Of a stretch of DNA of 64,000 nucleotides, positions 1 through 10,396 are shown piece by piece. The DNA is from Crocinitomicaceae bacterium. GTDB lineage: Bacteria > Bacteroidota > Bacteroidia > Flavobacteriales_D > Crocinitomicaceae. Where the stretch lies: NCBI GenBank assembly GCA_044361115.1, contig JBIKJH010000001.1, positions 228,593-292,592 on the forward strand, written 5' to 3'. The notes under the pieces are model-generated. The model worked only from the letters and a program-made list of their open reading frames with translations, ran no database searches and was not told the origin of the DNA. A program made the translations under genes and the position numbers. How positions within the stretch are numbered: position 1 is the first letter of the stretch; each line of letters opens with the position of its first letter.

Positions 1-1300
1 CAGCTTTTAGGACTGAATCAATTGAATTCGATAAGTCCAACAATTCCAATACTGCGTCTTTTTCTTCTTGGTTAATTTCAGCTGCGAAACCGTCTTTCAA
101 GGATTTGAAAACCAAATTATTCCAAACAACGCTGTCGTGTCCCCACGTCACATCTGGTAAATGCAAGGAATGCTCACATATAATAACAATTGCCAAAAGA
201 ACATCTTTGAAATTCTCTATCGGGAACTCATCGAAACTGCGGAATTCAAATCCACTTTGGTACATTTTCTCTTGATTGAAATCGAGACCGATATCCGACA
301 ATAAATCGTAATCCAAGGCATGTTCGATTTGATCGCGCCACCAAATGTTGTCTTCTTTTTCGAATTTCAACAACTTTCTAAATTCTTCAACTTGATAGGT
401 CAAAATTTTTCCTTTCGCCATTGATTTATTGTAGGTTCCAACGCCTGTGTAGCGAGACATTGCGTTACGCATAGAACCCATCGCAAATTTCTGGTTCAAG
501 TTGTGTTTTTGACTGATGACTGCCATAATATCTGGACTTCCCAAAGTCGCGATGAACAAAGGCTCAAACCATTGCAGCAAGTAAATCGCATTGGAATGAA
601 CAGCATCAAATTTAGGGTAATCAACGATGCGGCTGTGCTCTGTCAAAGTTGGCAAAGTCAAATGAATGTGGTACGTTCCGTTGTTGAACAAGACAATGTT
701 TTCTTGGTTCGACATGAACATGTTGAGTCCGCTATTGTAATCTGGAAAATGTAATTTTTCTCCCAAAACTTCGGATTCGTTAAGTTTATCGATGAACAGT
801 TTTTTCGTTGCTTTTAATTCATCGCACGATTCAGTAATTGTTCTATTTTCAAAGTATTTCGTCACAAATTCAATCGAATCGCCATCAAAATTGACAGAAC
901 CCATCGGGTTGTTTTTTTGCGTCAACATGCTTTTGATGTTGTATGGTTGTCCTTCCAAGAAGACTTCCAAAATAGATTTCCCCAAAAATGCAGGATTATC
1001 GACTAAGGGATTTGTCAATGCAACCGTTCGGTGTTGATAATTTAAATCAATTTTATCGAGCGAGTGACTGTTGATCATGCGCGTCACCGTGTACGTTTTA
1101 TTTTTGTCGAAACCAGCTTCCAGCACAGGTGCTAAACTTCCTGATTGGTAACATTTGCGGTAATCGATGCTGTAACGTTCGCAGCCAATTTTCTCCTGAA
1201 CGAAGGTGCCAGAAACCTCCAATGCGTTTTCGAATTGCAAATAGGTTTCGTTTTCTAATCCAATTCCCCAATAGATTTTATTTTTTTGATTCACGCTCAT
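1..1300 (-). CDS. hypothetical protein, possibly an amidoligase/GCS-like carboxylate-amine ligase; C-terminus runs off the left edge (not in the supplied ORF track)
   Basis: My own reverse-strand translation from the ATG at 1300-1298 gives MSVNQKNKIYWGIGLENETYLQFENALEVSG...SIEFVTKYF...NGTYHIHLTLPT... with no stop seen down to position 1. The pattern GhExE / ExV[ST] / GxHhH recalls amidoligase and GCS2 ligases. This is unverified. Confidence 0.6.
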   Translation of the reverse strand, partial: MSVNQKNKIYWGIGLENETYLQFENALEVSGTFVQEKIGCERYSIDYRKCYQSGSLAPVLEAGFDKNKTYTVTRMINSHSLDKIDLNYQHRTVALTNPLVDNPAFLGKSILEVFLEGQPYNIKSMLTQKNNPMGSVNFDGDSIEFVTKYFENRTITESCDELKATKKLFIDKLNESEVLGEKLHFPDYNSGLNMFMSNQENIVLFNNGTYHIHLTLPTLTEHSRIVDYPKFDAVHSNAIYLLQWFEPLFIATLGSPDIMAVISQKHNLNQKFAMGSMRNAMSRYTGVGTYNKSMAKGKILTYQVEEFRKLLKFEKEDNIWWRDQIEHALDYDLLSDIGLDFNQEKMYQSGFEFRSFDEFPIENFKDVLLAIVIICEHSLHLPDVTWGHDSVVWNNLVFKSLKDGFAAEINQEEKDAVLELLDLSNSIDSVLKA

Positions 1301-1353
1301 TGATACTGATTGACTTATTAATGTTGATAGTTGTTGATTAAATTCTTGTTGAT

Positions 1354-2127
1354 TTAATCGTGGTAATAGAACACGTGAGAAGAATATCGCTCGTGATTCC
1401 ACCAGTCTTTTCGGGCTTTCGCGAAATAGGTGTAATTCAACTTTCCGGCTTGCGATTGCAAAGGATAGAGCACCACTCCATCCACACGGTATGCTTTTTT
1501 CTTCTTCGTTTCAGGAACTATCGGAACAATGTGTCCTGACAATCCGCGTATTTTACGTTTGGCACAAATCATTCCAATTCCACCCTCCATGTTCACTTTT
1601 TCTTGAATCTCGTCCAGGTTCGACATGCGTTTCCAACCGAAGCTAGGTCCCCATTTCAACAACCAATCGTGGATTGCACTAGAATAAATTGGTTCAACCG
1701 TTTCATTCATTACAGGAACAACTTCTTCACCGTTCAACACACGTTCAAGGGCTTCTGGTGTCCACCAAACTGTCGGCAAATAGACCTTCGAGAAATAACA
1801 AAAATCGTAGGAATAGACATTGCAATAGGTATCTTCAACCGTGCGTTGATAGCGTAAACTATTTGTGACATCCAATTTTTTTATCAACTTTCGGATGCTT
1901 TTGCGTTTTGATTCAGCGTTTGTTAGATCACGATATGGTATGGATTCATCACAAATTGGGTGGGATTTCACAAGCTGTGTATCCAAGCGTGAATCGGGGT
2001 GCGGCGCTAAACTAGCGCTCTTAATCCTTGAATCTATAATCGGTTCCTCGAAGGGAGGAGTTGTACTTTGTTTTATCGTTTCTTTTTCCATTTTGGCTGG
2101 TTTGGTATGAAGCTTCATGAATGCCAT
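1354..2127 (-). CDS. hypothetical protein, possibly a papain-like (Cys/His) amidase fold
   Basis: ORF 1354..2295. I placed the start at the internal ATG (MAFMKLHT) because the longer form overlaps the upstream lipoprotein gene. 'TYCNVYSYDF' and 'GHIVPIVPE' resemble the Cys and His motifs of NlpC/P60-CHAP-like enzymes. This is a weak call. Confidence 0.55.
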   Translation of the reverse strand: MAFMKLHTKPAKMEKETIKQSTTPPFEEPIIDSRIKSASLAPHPDSRLDTQLVKSHPICDESIPYRDLTNAESKRKSIRKLIKKLDVTNSLRYQRTVEDTYCNVYSYDFCYFSKVYLPTVWWTPEALERVLNGEEVVPVMNETVEPIYSSAIHDWLLKWGPSFGWKRMSNLDEIQEKVNMEGGIGMICAKRKIRGLSGHIVPIVPETKKKKAYRVDGVVLYPLQSQAGKLNYTYFAKARKDWWNHERYSSHVFYYHD

Positions 2128-2160
2128 AGAGGCGCGAATGGATAAATTTACGAAATAATT

Positions 2161-2262
2161 AGAGATGAACGTTAGAGTGATTAACGAGGAGTGATTAACG
2201 TTATAGTGATGAGAGATGAATCCGCCGTGGCGGAAGAGATGAACGATGAACGATGAGATTGA
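2161..2262. repeat. imperfect short direct repeats in an intergenic region
   Basis: 'gagtgattaacg' occurs twice and 'gatgaacgat' twice, with a small hairpin ccgccgtggcgg. Confidence 0.5.
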
Positions 2263-2273
2263 AACCAATTCGA

Positions 2274-3026
2274 TTATTTCACAGTAACAACACATTCAAT
2301 CCTGGTTGGAACGGACTTATTGTATTTTTCTGTTGGTTTAAGGCTTGCGAAAAGGATTGTATCGATTCCAGGTGATGTGGCAATAAACATTTTGGAAACG
2401 GTTATGCTACAACCTTCACACTCTTTTTTTGCTGGCGGAACAACTACTTTCGTATCAAAATAGATTAGATGTTTGAGTTTATCTTGGTTGGGTAGGCAAT
2501 AATTACAGCAGGTATTTTCATTGAAGTACAAATTCAAGGTATCGCCATCGTTTAATGTGTAGTTCTCTTTATTTTTGAAACGAAGCTGTTCCCAATGCTC
2601 CATTGCTTTCTGATAAAATTCTTGCACACGCGCACTGTCCGCATCAATGTATACCTTGAAGCTGGAATCGTTGTGTTTGTAAATTGTGAGGTATGAAGCG
2701 TAGGTTAATTTTGTACTGAGATCTGTTAATGCTATGGAATCGATGTCTGTTGCAAAGAAGGCTGAGTGAACTTCTTTCTCTCCATCCTCGAGCCAATAAT
2801 AGGCAATTCGCTGCGAAGTAATAAATGCTCCGGCAGATTTAAGTCCGCCCCAACCGCCATTGCTTTCAAACAATTCAATTTTTTCCTCCGGTGACAAAAT
2901 CCCCAAGGATTCGATGAATGCATGATCTTCGGGAGAGATGTTTTTTTCCGTCGGGGGGTTAGTACATCCTGAAAGGGAAACCAGTAAAATCAAACAAAAA
3001 GCAATTCGGATATGGATAAATTTCAT
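2274..3026 (-). CDS. lipoprotein, function unknown
   Basis: MKFIHIRIAFCLILLVSLSGC has a signal peptide plus lipobox (LSGC). Confidence 0.7.
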   Translation of the reverse strand: MKFIHIRIAFCLILLVSLSGCTNPPTEKNISPEDHAFIESLGILSPEEKIELFESNGGWGGLKSAGAFITSQRIAYYWLEDGEKEVHSAFFATDIDSIALTDLSTKLTYASYLTIYKHNDSSFKVYIDADSARVQEFYQKAMEHWEQLRFKNKENYTLNDGDTLNLYFNENTCCNYCLPNQDKLKHLIYFDTKVVVPPAKKECEGCSITVSKMFIATSPGIDTILFASLKPTEKYNKSVPTRIECVVTVK

Positions 3027-3065
3027 GTAACAAATAAACAAAATTCTGTCACTCTATATTCTAAA

Positions 3066-4415
3066 TCACATTCCCGGCATTCCGCCTTTCATGCCTTTCA
3101 TTTGTTTCATCATGGACATCATGTTCTTCGGATTGCTCATCATTTTCATCATCTTTTTCGTGTCTTCGAACTGTTTCATTAGTTTGTTTACTTCTTGAAT
3201 GTTCGTTCCACTACCTTTGGCCAAACGATTTTTACGTTGACCATTGATGAGTTGCGGATTTGCGCGCTCTTGTGGTGTCATTGATAAGATAATCGCTTCG
3301 ATGTGCTTGAATGCGTCGTCTTGAATGTCAACATCCTTCATGGCTTTTCCCATTCCCGGAATCATTCCCATCAAGTCTTTCACATTCCCCATTTTCTTGA
3401 TTTGTTGCAATTGCCCCAAGAAATCGTTGAAATCAAATTGATCTTTTTGTATGCGTTTTTGAAGTTTACGTGCTTCTTCTTCGTCGAATTGTTCTTGTGC
3501 GCGTTCAACTAACGATACAACGTCACCCATTCCAAGAATACGATCGGCCATACGTTGCGGATAGAAAACATCCAAGGCATCCATCTTCTCGCCTGTTCCG
3601 ACAAACTTGATCGGTTTCTCAACGATTGCTTTAATAGACAAGGCAGCTCCACCGCGTGTATCACCGTCTAATTTCGTTAATACAACTCCGTCGAAGTTAA
3701 TTTTTTCGTTGAAGGCTTTCGCCGTGTTCACTGCATCTTGACCTGTCATGGAATCCACCACAAACAATGTCTCAGTTGGCTGAATTGCCTCTTTTACACG
3801 CGCAATTTCATCCATCATTTGCTCATCGATGGCTAAACGTCCGGCAGTATCGACAATCACAACATTGAATCCTTTGCTTTTAGCATGTTGAATTGCCGCA
3901 GTAGCAATTTTAACAGGATCTTTTTCTTCTTTGTTGGAATAAACTTCTACTGATAGTTGTTCTCCCAAGACATGTAATTGGTCAATCGCAGCAGGACGAT
4001 AAACGTCACACGCAACCAACAATACATTCTTGCCTTTTTTCGTTTTCAAATAGCTCGCCAACTTTCCTGAGAAGGTTGTTTTACCAGAACCTTGAAGTCC
4101 TGACATCAAAATAATACCTGGATTTCCTTTAATGTTGATTTCAGACTCGTTTCCTCCCATCAATTCTACCAACTCTTCGTGGCAGATTTTAATCATCAAC
4201 TGACTAGGAGAAACCGATTTCAATACATCGCGACCAAGGGCTTTTTCCTTAACGGTGTTTGTGAAATCTTTCGCAGTTTTAAAGTTAACGTCGGCATCTA
4301 GCAAGGCACGGCGCACTTCTTTCAAGGTCTCAGCAACATTGATTTCTGTTATTTGTCCATGTCCTTTTAGAACTTTAAACGCTCTTTCAAACTTATCGGT
4401 AAGATTTTCAAACAT
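3066..4415 (-). CDS. ffh: signal recognition particle protein Ffh
   Basis: SRP54 GTPase motifs GLQGSGKTT, DTAGR and TKLDGD, plus a Met-rich C-terminal M domain. Confidence 0.97.
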   Translation of the reverse strand: MFENLTDKFERAFKVLKGHGQITEINVAETLKEVRRALLDADVNFKTAKDFTNTVKEKALGRDVLKSVSPSQLMIKICHEELVELMGGNESEINIKGNPGIILMSGLQGSGKTTFSGKLASYLKTKKGKNVLLVACDVYRPAAIDQLHVLGEQLSVEVYSNKEEKDPVKIATAAIQHAKSKGFNVVIVDTAGRLAIDEQMMDEIARVKEAIQPTETLFVVDSMTGQDAVNTAKAFNEKINFDGVVLTKLDGDTRGGAALSIKAIVEKPIKFVGTGEKMDALDVFYPQRMADRILGMGDVVSLVERAQEQFDEEEARKLQKRIQKDQFDFNDFLGQLQQIKKMGNVKDLMGMIPGMGKAMKDVDIQDDAFKHIEAIILSMTPQERANPQLINGQRKNRLAKGSGTNIQEVNKLMKQFEDTKKMMKMMSNPKNMMSMMKQMKGMKGGMPGM

Positions 4416-4480
4416 TTTATTTCGATTTTAAGGTGCAAAAGTAGAGAAAAAAGCGTCAAGAACAAAGATGAATTTGGTTT

Positions 4481-4773
4481 TTTCAACGCAGAGATTTTTT
4501 TTCAACACAGAGGAGATTGAGGACGAAGAGAACGCGGAGAATTATCTTAGTCCAAGCAATAAAAACTCAGCGTACCTCAGCGTGCTTTGTGCCTTTGCGT
4601 TTATTTTTCAACGCAGAGATTTGTGAGGACGAAGAGAGCGCGGAGATTTTTTTTTTGATAGACCAATCTTTCTATACTTTGTTTTTCACCACAGAGGCAC
4701 AGAGAGCAAGGTGAATTAACTTGACTATTGCAATAAAATCTCGGCGAAACTTAGCGCTCTTTGTGCCTTTCAC
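4481..4773. repeat. composite REP-like intergenic repeat cluster
   Basis: ttcaac[g/a]cagag occurs at 4482, 4501 and 4607, with the related ttcaccacagaggcacagagagc at 4685. gaggacgaagaga[a/g]cgcggaga occurs at 4519 and 4625. The (G.U-tolerant) complementary agcg..ctttgtgcctttc/g occurs at 4576 and 4750. Confidence 0.75.
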
Positions 4774-4804
4774 TTCGTGGCTGCTGCGCGGTGCGTTAAA
4801 AACG

Positions 4805-6733
4805 CTACACAGTTACGGCATTGAGCTTCGAGTTGCGGCGACTGTAAGCGAAATAAATCACTAAGCCTAAGACCAACCACCCCATGAAATACAACCAGTT
4901 TGATAATTGGATCTGACTCATCATGTACAAACATGACAACAAACCCAACAATGGTATCAATGAAAGATTCTTTGCAATTGAAGCAAACGTAATGAAGATA
5001 GTGAATAGAATGAAAATCCATGTTGGAATCTTGTGCGCGAAATGATTAAATCCATGCTTATACAATTCTGTTTTGTTAAATCCAACTGCAATTACATCCG
5101 CAGAGAAATCCTTGAATTCTGCTTTTTCGTAATATGCTGTGATGTCTCCACCCACTTCTTTCATTTCCTTTGGATTCGAAGCTTCCAAATTCGTTTTTAA
5201 TTCAAGTGTTTGTTTCGGCGCTAATTCGTCAATGATTTCTTCTTTTGACTTCAATTCTTTGTCATTTTGCAAGAATGCCATTGTTTCTGCTTTGTATGTA
5301 GTAAACAATAAAACGATCGTTCCTACCAATAAAACAGGCATCACATATTTTCCATTCACATAGGGTGTTCTGAATTTTCCACGTGGAATATCTGGTTTAT
5401 TTTGAAGCACCAATACACCGCCACACACCAATACAAATGCGAACAATGTGCCGATCGAACATAAATCAGTAACCATGGTCAAGTTCATAAACAAGGCTGG
5501 CACAGCTACAACAAAACCAACCACAACTGTAGCATACGAAGGTGTTTTGAATTTCGGATGAATGCGTGAGAATTTCTTTGGTAACAAACCATCACGACTC
5601 ATGCTCATCCAAATACGTGGCTGTCCCATTTGGAATACTAACAAGACCGAAGCCATAGCGACAACAGCACTCACAGCAATGATTCCAGACATCCATTTCA
5701 AATTGATTTTCTCAAACACAAAAGCCAATGGATCGCCCACCGCCAACTCTTTGTAAGAAACAATTCCAGTAAGAATGAGCGCTATGATAATGTATAAAAC
5801 AGTACAAATGATAATCGCCCACATCATTCCGCGCGGTAAATCGCGCTGGGGATTTTCACATTCCTCAGCAGTAGTTGAAATAGCGTCAAAACCAATATAA
5901 GCAAAGAAAACGGCAGAAACTCCTTTCAAAATTCCTCCTACGCCATTTGGTGCAAAGGGACTCCAATTTTTAGTATCCACATAGAAAATTCCGACAGCAA
6001 TGACCAAGAGGATAATCGCCAATTTGACAATTACCATGGCATTTGAGGCATTGCGACTTTCTTTCATTCCGCGGTAAACCAACCATGTAATCAAGACTAT
6101 AATGAACAGCGCAGGTAAATCAAAAATTAGGTGAAAACCAAAAATAGTAGGTGAAGTTGTCCATGCAGCATGTGCTGCTTGCAAGCTACCATCCAATGAA
6201 GTAAAAGGTTTACCACCTTGTGTTAGTGCCATTACTTTTTCGTAACCATTTGATGCAGTAAGGTAATCTGTTTGAATCCATTGTGGTAAATTTATGTTCA
6301 ATCCTTCGAGCATTCCTGTGAAATAGTCGCTCCAAGATATGGCAACCGTAATATTTCCAATGGCATATTCCATGATCAAGGCCCAACCGATAATCCATGC
6401 GATGATTTCACCAAAGGCCACATACGAATACGTGTAAGCACTGCCCGAAACAGGAACCATTGATGCAAATTCAGCATACGCGAATGCTGCAAATCCACAC
6501 GCAATTGCTGTAAACAAGAACAAGAAAATAACTGCTGGTCCACCTTGCGAACTTGCTTCACCGATGGTACTGAAAATTCCAGCTCCAATAATTGCGGCAA
6601 TGCCAAAGGCTGCTAAATCGCGAACTTTCAGGTGCTTTCCAAGTGAGCCATGTGAACCGTCAGCTTGTCCAGCTTCCACTTGTTGCATGATATCTTGAAC
6701 TGTCTTTTTGCGAAATAAATCATTGAAACCCAT
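4805..6733 (-). CDS. amino acid permease (APC superfamily) with a C-terminal extension
   Basis: 642 aa and polytopic. The N-terminal core is typical of cationic amino-acid/APC transporters (LKVRDLAAFGIAAIIGAGIFS...). Confidence 0.88.
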   Translation of the reverse strand: MGFNDLFRKKTVQDIMQQVEAGQADGSHGSLGKHLKVRDLAAFGIAAIIGAGIFSTIGEASSQGGPAVIFLFLFTAIACGFAAFAYAEFASMVPVSGSAYTYSYVAFGEIIAWIIGWALIMEYAIGNITVAISWSDYFTGMLEGLNINLPQWIQTDYLTASNGYEKVMALTQGGKPFTSLDGSLQAAHAAWTTSPTIFGFHLIFDLPALFIIVLITWLVYRGMKESRNASNAMVIVKLAIILLVIAVGIFYVDTKNWSPFAPNGVGGILKGVSAVFFAYIGFDAISTTAEECENPQRDLPRGMMWAIIICTVLYIIIALILTGIVSYKELAVGDPLAFVFEKINLKWMSGIIAVSAVVAMASVLLVFQMGQPRIWMSMSRDGLLPKKFSRIHPKFKTPSYATVVVGFVVAVPALFMNLTMVTDLCSIGTLFAFVLVCGGVLVLQNKPDIPRGKFRTPYVNGKYVMPVLLVGTIVLLFTTYKAETMAFLQNDKELKSKEEIIDELAPKQTLELKTNLEASNPKEMKEVGGDITAYYEKAEFKDFSADVIAVGFNKTELYKHGFNHFAHKIPTWIFILFTIFITFASIAKNLSLIPLLGLLSCLYMMSQIQLSNWLYFMGWLVLGLVIYFAYSRRNSKLNAVTV

Positions 6734-6792
6734 TCTTCTCCTATTTTCATTACTTATGAGGTTAAAAATAGAAAAAAAAACTGACGCGCGAC

Positions 6793-9156
6793 TTAGCGTT
6801 TTCGTTTCGGATTGTAGAACATGAAAATCAACACGGGAAGTAAAGTAAGTTCTGTTATCAAAGCTACAAACAGGGTGATACAGAGCAACAAGCCCATGTA
6901 GAACGTTCCGTTAAAACTTGAAAAAACCAACATAAAGAAACCACTACACAAGACCAAAGAAGTTAGAATCATTGCTTTTCCAGTCGTCAAATAGGCCGAT
7001 TTCAAGGCATAATTCTTGGATTTCCCTTTGAGTCCTTCGAACTTAAATTTCCCGAGTATGTGAATCGTATCATCTATGGCAATTCCGAGTGCAATCGTGA
7101 AAATAATTGCTGTACTAATTTTCAAATCCACACCACAAAAACCCATTATGCCGCTAATGACCAACAAAGGAATTAAATTCGGAATCATACTAATAACCAT
7201 CATGCGAACAGACTTGTACAAAAAACCCATAATCAAAGCAACCAGCACAATTTCAAAAGACAGTCCTTGTACCAGATTCTCTGCTAAATAACGCATGTTT
7301 TTATCGAATAAATGGGCTGTTCCCGTAACTTTAAATTCAAGTTTACCCTTCAAAGCTAAGCCATTTGTAAAACGCTTAAATTCTACATTTTTCTTCACAA
7401 TCGCATGATTCCCTATATCTGGAAAATTCCCGTTGATGCGTGACACACGTTCGTCTTCATCCAACAATATACGCAAATACTTTCCTTTATTAATACCTCG
7501 TATAGCTCTTCGGTATTTTTTCAATTCGCGCTTTGTTTGGGGTAATTGATATTCCGTAGGATTCCCGCCATGCGCGGAACGATTCACTACTTTCAAGGTT
7601 CCAACTAAAGAATTTTTTATTTCTGCACCATAAACACTTTCAAGGTAATTTTCTACTTTCTCTATTTCCTGTAAAACGTCTAAATCCCACAAGGTCATTG
7701 AAGAATCTTTTATAATCACAGCCACTTCAAAAGGACGAATACCACCGTAATGTTTGTCCAGGTAATTAAAATCCTGCTTTAAGGGTTCATCAGCGCGCAA
7801 ATCATCCATGAGGAAATTGTTCGTTTTCATGAAACTCAAGCCTATCAAACTGACAATACAAACCACTGCGTATATTACCAAGATGATTTTTCGCTTGCGC
7901 AAGACAAAAATGAACCAACGACGCAAATGACGATGCCACACATTTTCACTGCGTTTTTCCGCTATAAACAAAGGTGAGGGAAATAAATACAATAATACAG
8001 GCAACAACACCATAGTAATCACGAAAGCTATAAATACGCCGATTCCAGCAACAATACCAAAGACTTGAATCGGTTGTACGTTTACAAAATAAAGTGTAAA
8101 AAATCCGAGTGAGGTTGTCACAGCTGTAACGAAAGTCGAAAAACCAACTTCTTTTAAGGTTATTTTTATTGCTTCCAATTTGCTGTGATTTTCACGCAAG
8201 GCATCGAGGTACTTGGAGACGAGGTGAATCACATCCGACATTCCGACTACAAACATGATACACGGCAATGTTACAAGTAGAATATTAATCGGCTCATCAA
8301 ACCAACCCATTAAGCCAATAACCCATACTGTTGAGAGTAAAATAACAAAAAGCGGAATAAAAATACCCCAGAAGGATCGAAAGGCGATAATCAAAAAGAT
8401 AACAATCAGAACTGCACTCAAGCAGAGGAAAAAGATCATTTCATAAATCATTTTCTCAACGTAGAGTTTTTGTCCAACCGTTCGACCAGCAATATGCACC
8501 CCTTCAAACTGGTATGTACCGACAATCGAATTGAGTTTAGCAAGCATCACATCACTTTCTTTTTTAACGATGTAGTCTTTATGACGAATAAAAATACACA
8601 GCGATTTCCCGTCTTTTGAAACGAGTGAATTGATTAGTTCTTTTGAATTATAAATGCGCGTTGAATCTTGTTTGAGTAGCTTTCGATTAAAATGGATGTA
8701 GGGGTTTTCCGCTTTAATTCCACCCGGTAAAATCAGCGTTTCATTCTGATTGGTGATGGAAGCAACTAACAAAACGTGTGGAACCTTCGCTTTCAGTTCT
8801 TTGGTGAGTTGGTCGACTTTCTTGAGAAACGAAAGGTCAAAAATCCCCTTCTTGTGTTCAATCGCAATCAGAAGAAAATCATTGTCTGATTCAAACTTTG
8901 CGCGATGTTGTCTGAAAAATACCGATTCTTCGTCGTTTGCGGGAAAGAATTTCTCAAAATCGTAATCAAATCGCAATTTGAATAAACCTGCTGAAACAAC
9001 AACCGTAGCAGCTAAAACAAGTAAAAAAATTATTCTTGCTCTCTTTTTTAATCCCTTTTCCCCAACCTTTTCCAAATTCCTGCCGTTTTTAGGTTTAAAC
9101 AAATGTAAACAGCATATTCCATTTAAATGATTTTTTTGCCGTTTAATAGGAAACAC
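6793..9156 (-). CDS. RND/MMPL-family exporter (SSD-type membrane protein)
   Basis: 787 aa with two blocks of ~6 TM helices separated by soluble loops, which is the MMPL-like layout. The start is uncertain: GTG at 9156 or TTG near 9075. Confidence 0.8.
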   Translation of the reverse strand: MFPIKRQKNHLNGICCLHLFKPKNGRNLEKVGEKGLKKRARIIFLLVLAATVVVSAGLFKLRFDYDFEKFFPANDEESVFFRQHRAKFESDNDFLLIAIEHKKGIFDLSFLKKVDQLTKELKAKVPHVLLVASITNQNETLILPGGIKAENPYIHFNRKLLKQDSTRIYNSKELINSLVSKDGKSLCIFIRHKDYIVKKESDVMLAKLNSIVGTYQFEGVHIAGRTVGQKLYVEKMIYEMIFFLCLSAVLIVIFLIIAFRSFWGIFIPLFVILLSTVWVIGLMGWFDEPINILLVTLPCIMFVVGMSDVIHLVSKYLDALRENHSKLEAIKITLKEVGFSTFVTAVTTSLGFFTLYFVNVQPIQVFGIVAGIGVFIAFVITMVLLPVLLYLFPSPLFIAEKRSENVWHRHLRRWFIFVLRKRKIILVIYAVVCIVSLIGLSFMKTNNFLMDDLRADEPLKQDFNYLDKHYGGIRPFEVAVIIKDSSMTLWDLDVLQEIEKVENYLESVYGAEIKNSLVGTLKVVNRSAHGGNPTEYQLPQTKRELKKYRRAIRGINKGKYLRILLDEDERVSRINGNFPDIGNHAIVKKNVEFKRFTNGLALKGKLEFKVTGTAHLFDKNMRYLAENLVQGLSFEIVLVALIMGFLYKSVRMMVISMIPNLIPLLVISGIMGFCGVDLKISTAIIFTIALGIAIDDTIHILGKFKFEGLKGKSKNYALKSAYLTTGKAMILTSLVLCSGFFMLVFSSFNGTFYMGLLLCITLFVALITELTLLPVLIFMFYNPKRKR

Positions 9157-9206
9157 TTGATTTATTCAATTGGTTTTAAGTATGTTTGAAAAAAAATAAA
9201 TACAAG

Positions 9207-10250
9207 ATGAAAAAACATTTACTCTTCACTGCCTTACTATTTTCGGCCGCTGCACAGGCGCAGCAATTGGATGCATCGAATGAGCCAACCGTTGGAACAA
9301 CTCAAATAATGTACTTATTGGATACATTAACAGATGCTTATCCAAATGTTACAGGTACCGGAGTTACATGGGATTATTCTAACATCGTTGGAATGAACAT
9401 GGACACACGAACCATTGAAATTTTAGATGCTGCAGCAACTCCTTTCGCTTCATCATTCCCTACCTCTACGAAAGTGATGAGCATTGAGGGTTCAATATCA
9501 AATTATTATAACACGAGTGCAACTGAGCGCGTTTCTCAAGGATTTGTATACGAAGAACCTGCGTTCGGAACTGTTTTGGCTACATTCGAAACAGACAATG
9601 AAACGTCAATTCAATATCCGTTTGCGAATGGGGATAATTTTACAGACAATTTCGCGGGAACAATCGCATTCGATTTCAATGGTCTTCCTCAAAACCCACC
9701 ATCCACTGGTGTTGCTCATGCTGCAATCGATGGACAAGGAACATTGTTATTGCCAAACTCAACTTCATTGAGTAATGTAATTCGTTATATAATGGTTGAT
9801 ACTGTTTTTACACAAGTAAACTTTATCGGGCCAATGGACATTGAATTTGTTCGCACACAATATGAATATTACGATGTTGCAAATAACACATTACCCGTTT
9901 TTATTCACACAGTAGTTGCTATTTCATTAGCAGGTGGTGGAATGCCATTAATGTCTCAAACGAATGTTGTTTCCTCTGTTGCTCCAGATTATAACTTAGG
10001 AATCAATGATGCAAAATCTGCTGAATTCTCTGTTTACCCAAATCCATCTGAAGGGTTGGTTACGTTTAAAGGAAATTTTGCGACTGATGCAACAGCCACA
10101 ATTTTTGATCAAACAGGTCGTGTTGTTTACACAGTTCAATCATTGTCGAATGGAACAACAATCGATATGACTTCAATAAACAAAGGAATCTACCTTGTAA
10201 ACATGACAAACAACGGTGTTGAATCAACACAAACCGTCGTAATCAAGTAA
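9207..10250 (+). CDS. secreted protein with a T9SS C-terminal sorting domain
   Basis: Signal peptide MKKHLLFTALLFSAAAQAQ. The C-terminus FSVYPNPSEGLVTF...GIYLVNMTNNGVESTQTVVIK is a typical type A Por-secretion CTD. Confidence 0.85.
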   Translation: MKKHLLFTALLFSAAAQAQQLDASNEPTVGTTQIMYLLDTLTDAYPNVTGTGVTWDYSNIVGMNMDTRTIEILDAAATPFASSFPTSTKVMSIEGSISNYYNTSATERVSQGFVYEEPAFGTVLATFETDNETSIQYPFANGDNFTDNFAGTIAFDFNGLPQNPPSTGVAHAAIDGQGTLLLPNSTSLSNVIRYIMVDTVFTQVNFIGPMDIEFVRTQYEYYDVANNTLPVFIHTVVAISLAGGGMPLMSQTNVVSSVAPDYNLGINDAKSAEFSVYPNPSEGLVTFKGNFATDATATIFDQTGRVVYTVQSLSNGTTIDMTSINKGIYLVNMTNNGVESTQTVVIK

Positions 10251-10270
10251 CAAAACAAAATTTATAGTAA

Positions 10271-10300
10271 ACGTCCCGCATAAACGGGACGTTTTTTTTT
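10271..10300 (+). terminator. rho-independent terminator
   Basis: Perfect 8-bp stem acgtcccg-cataa-cgggacgt followed by T9. Confidence 0.85.
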
Positions 10301-10396
10301 GCCTAAATGGAAAAAAATTGCTCAAGGCATGTTACCTTTAACACGAAAACAAGTTATTGTGCAGATGATCTTCTGCCTAATAATAAACACAACACA

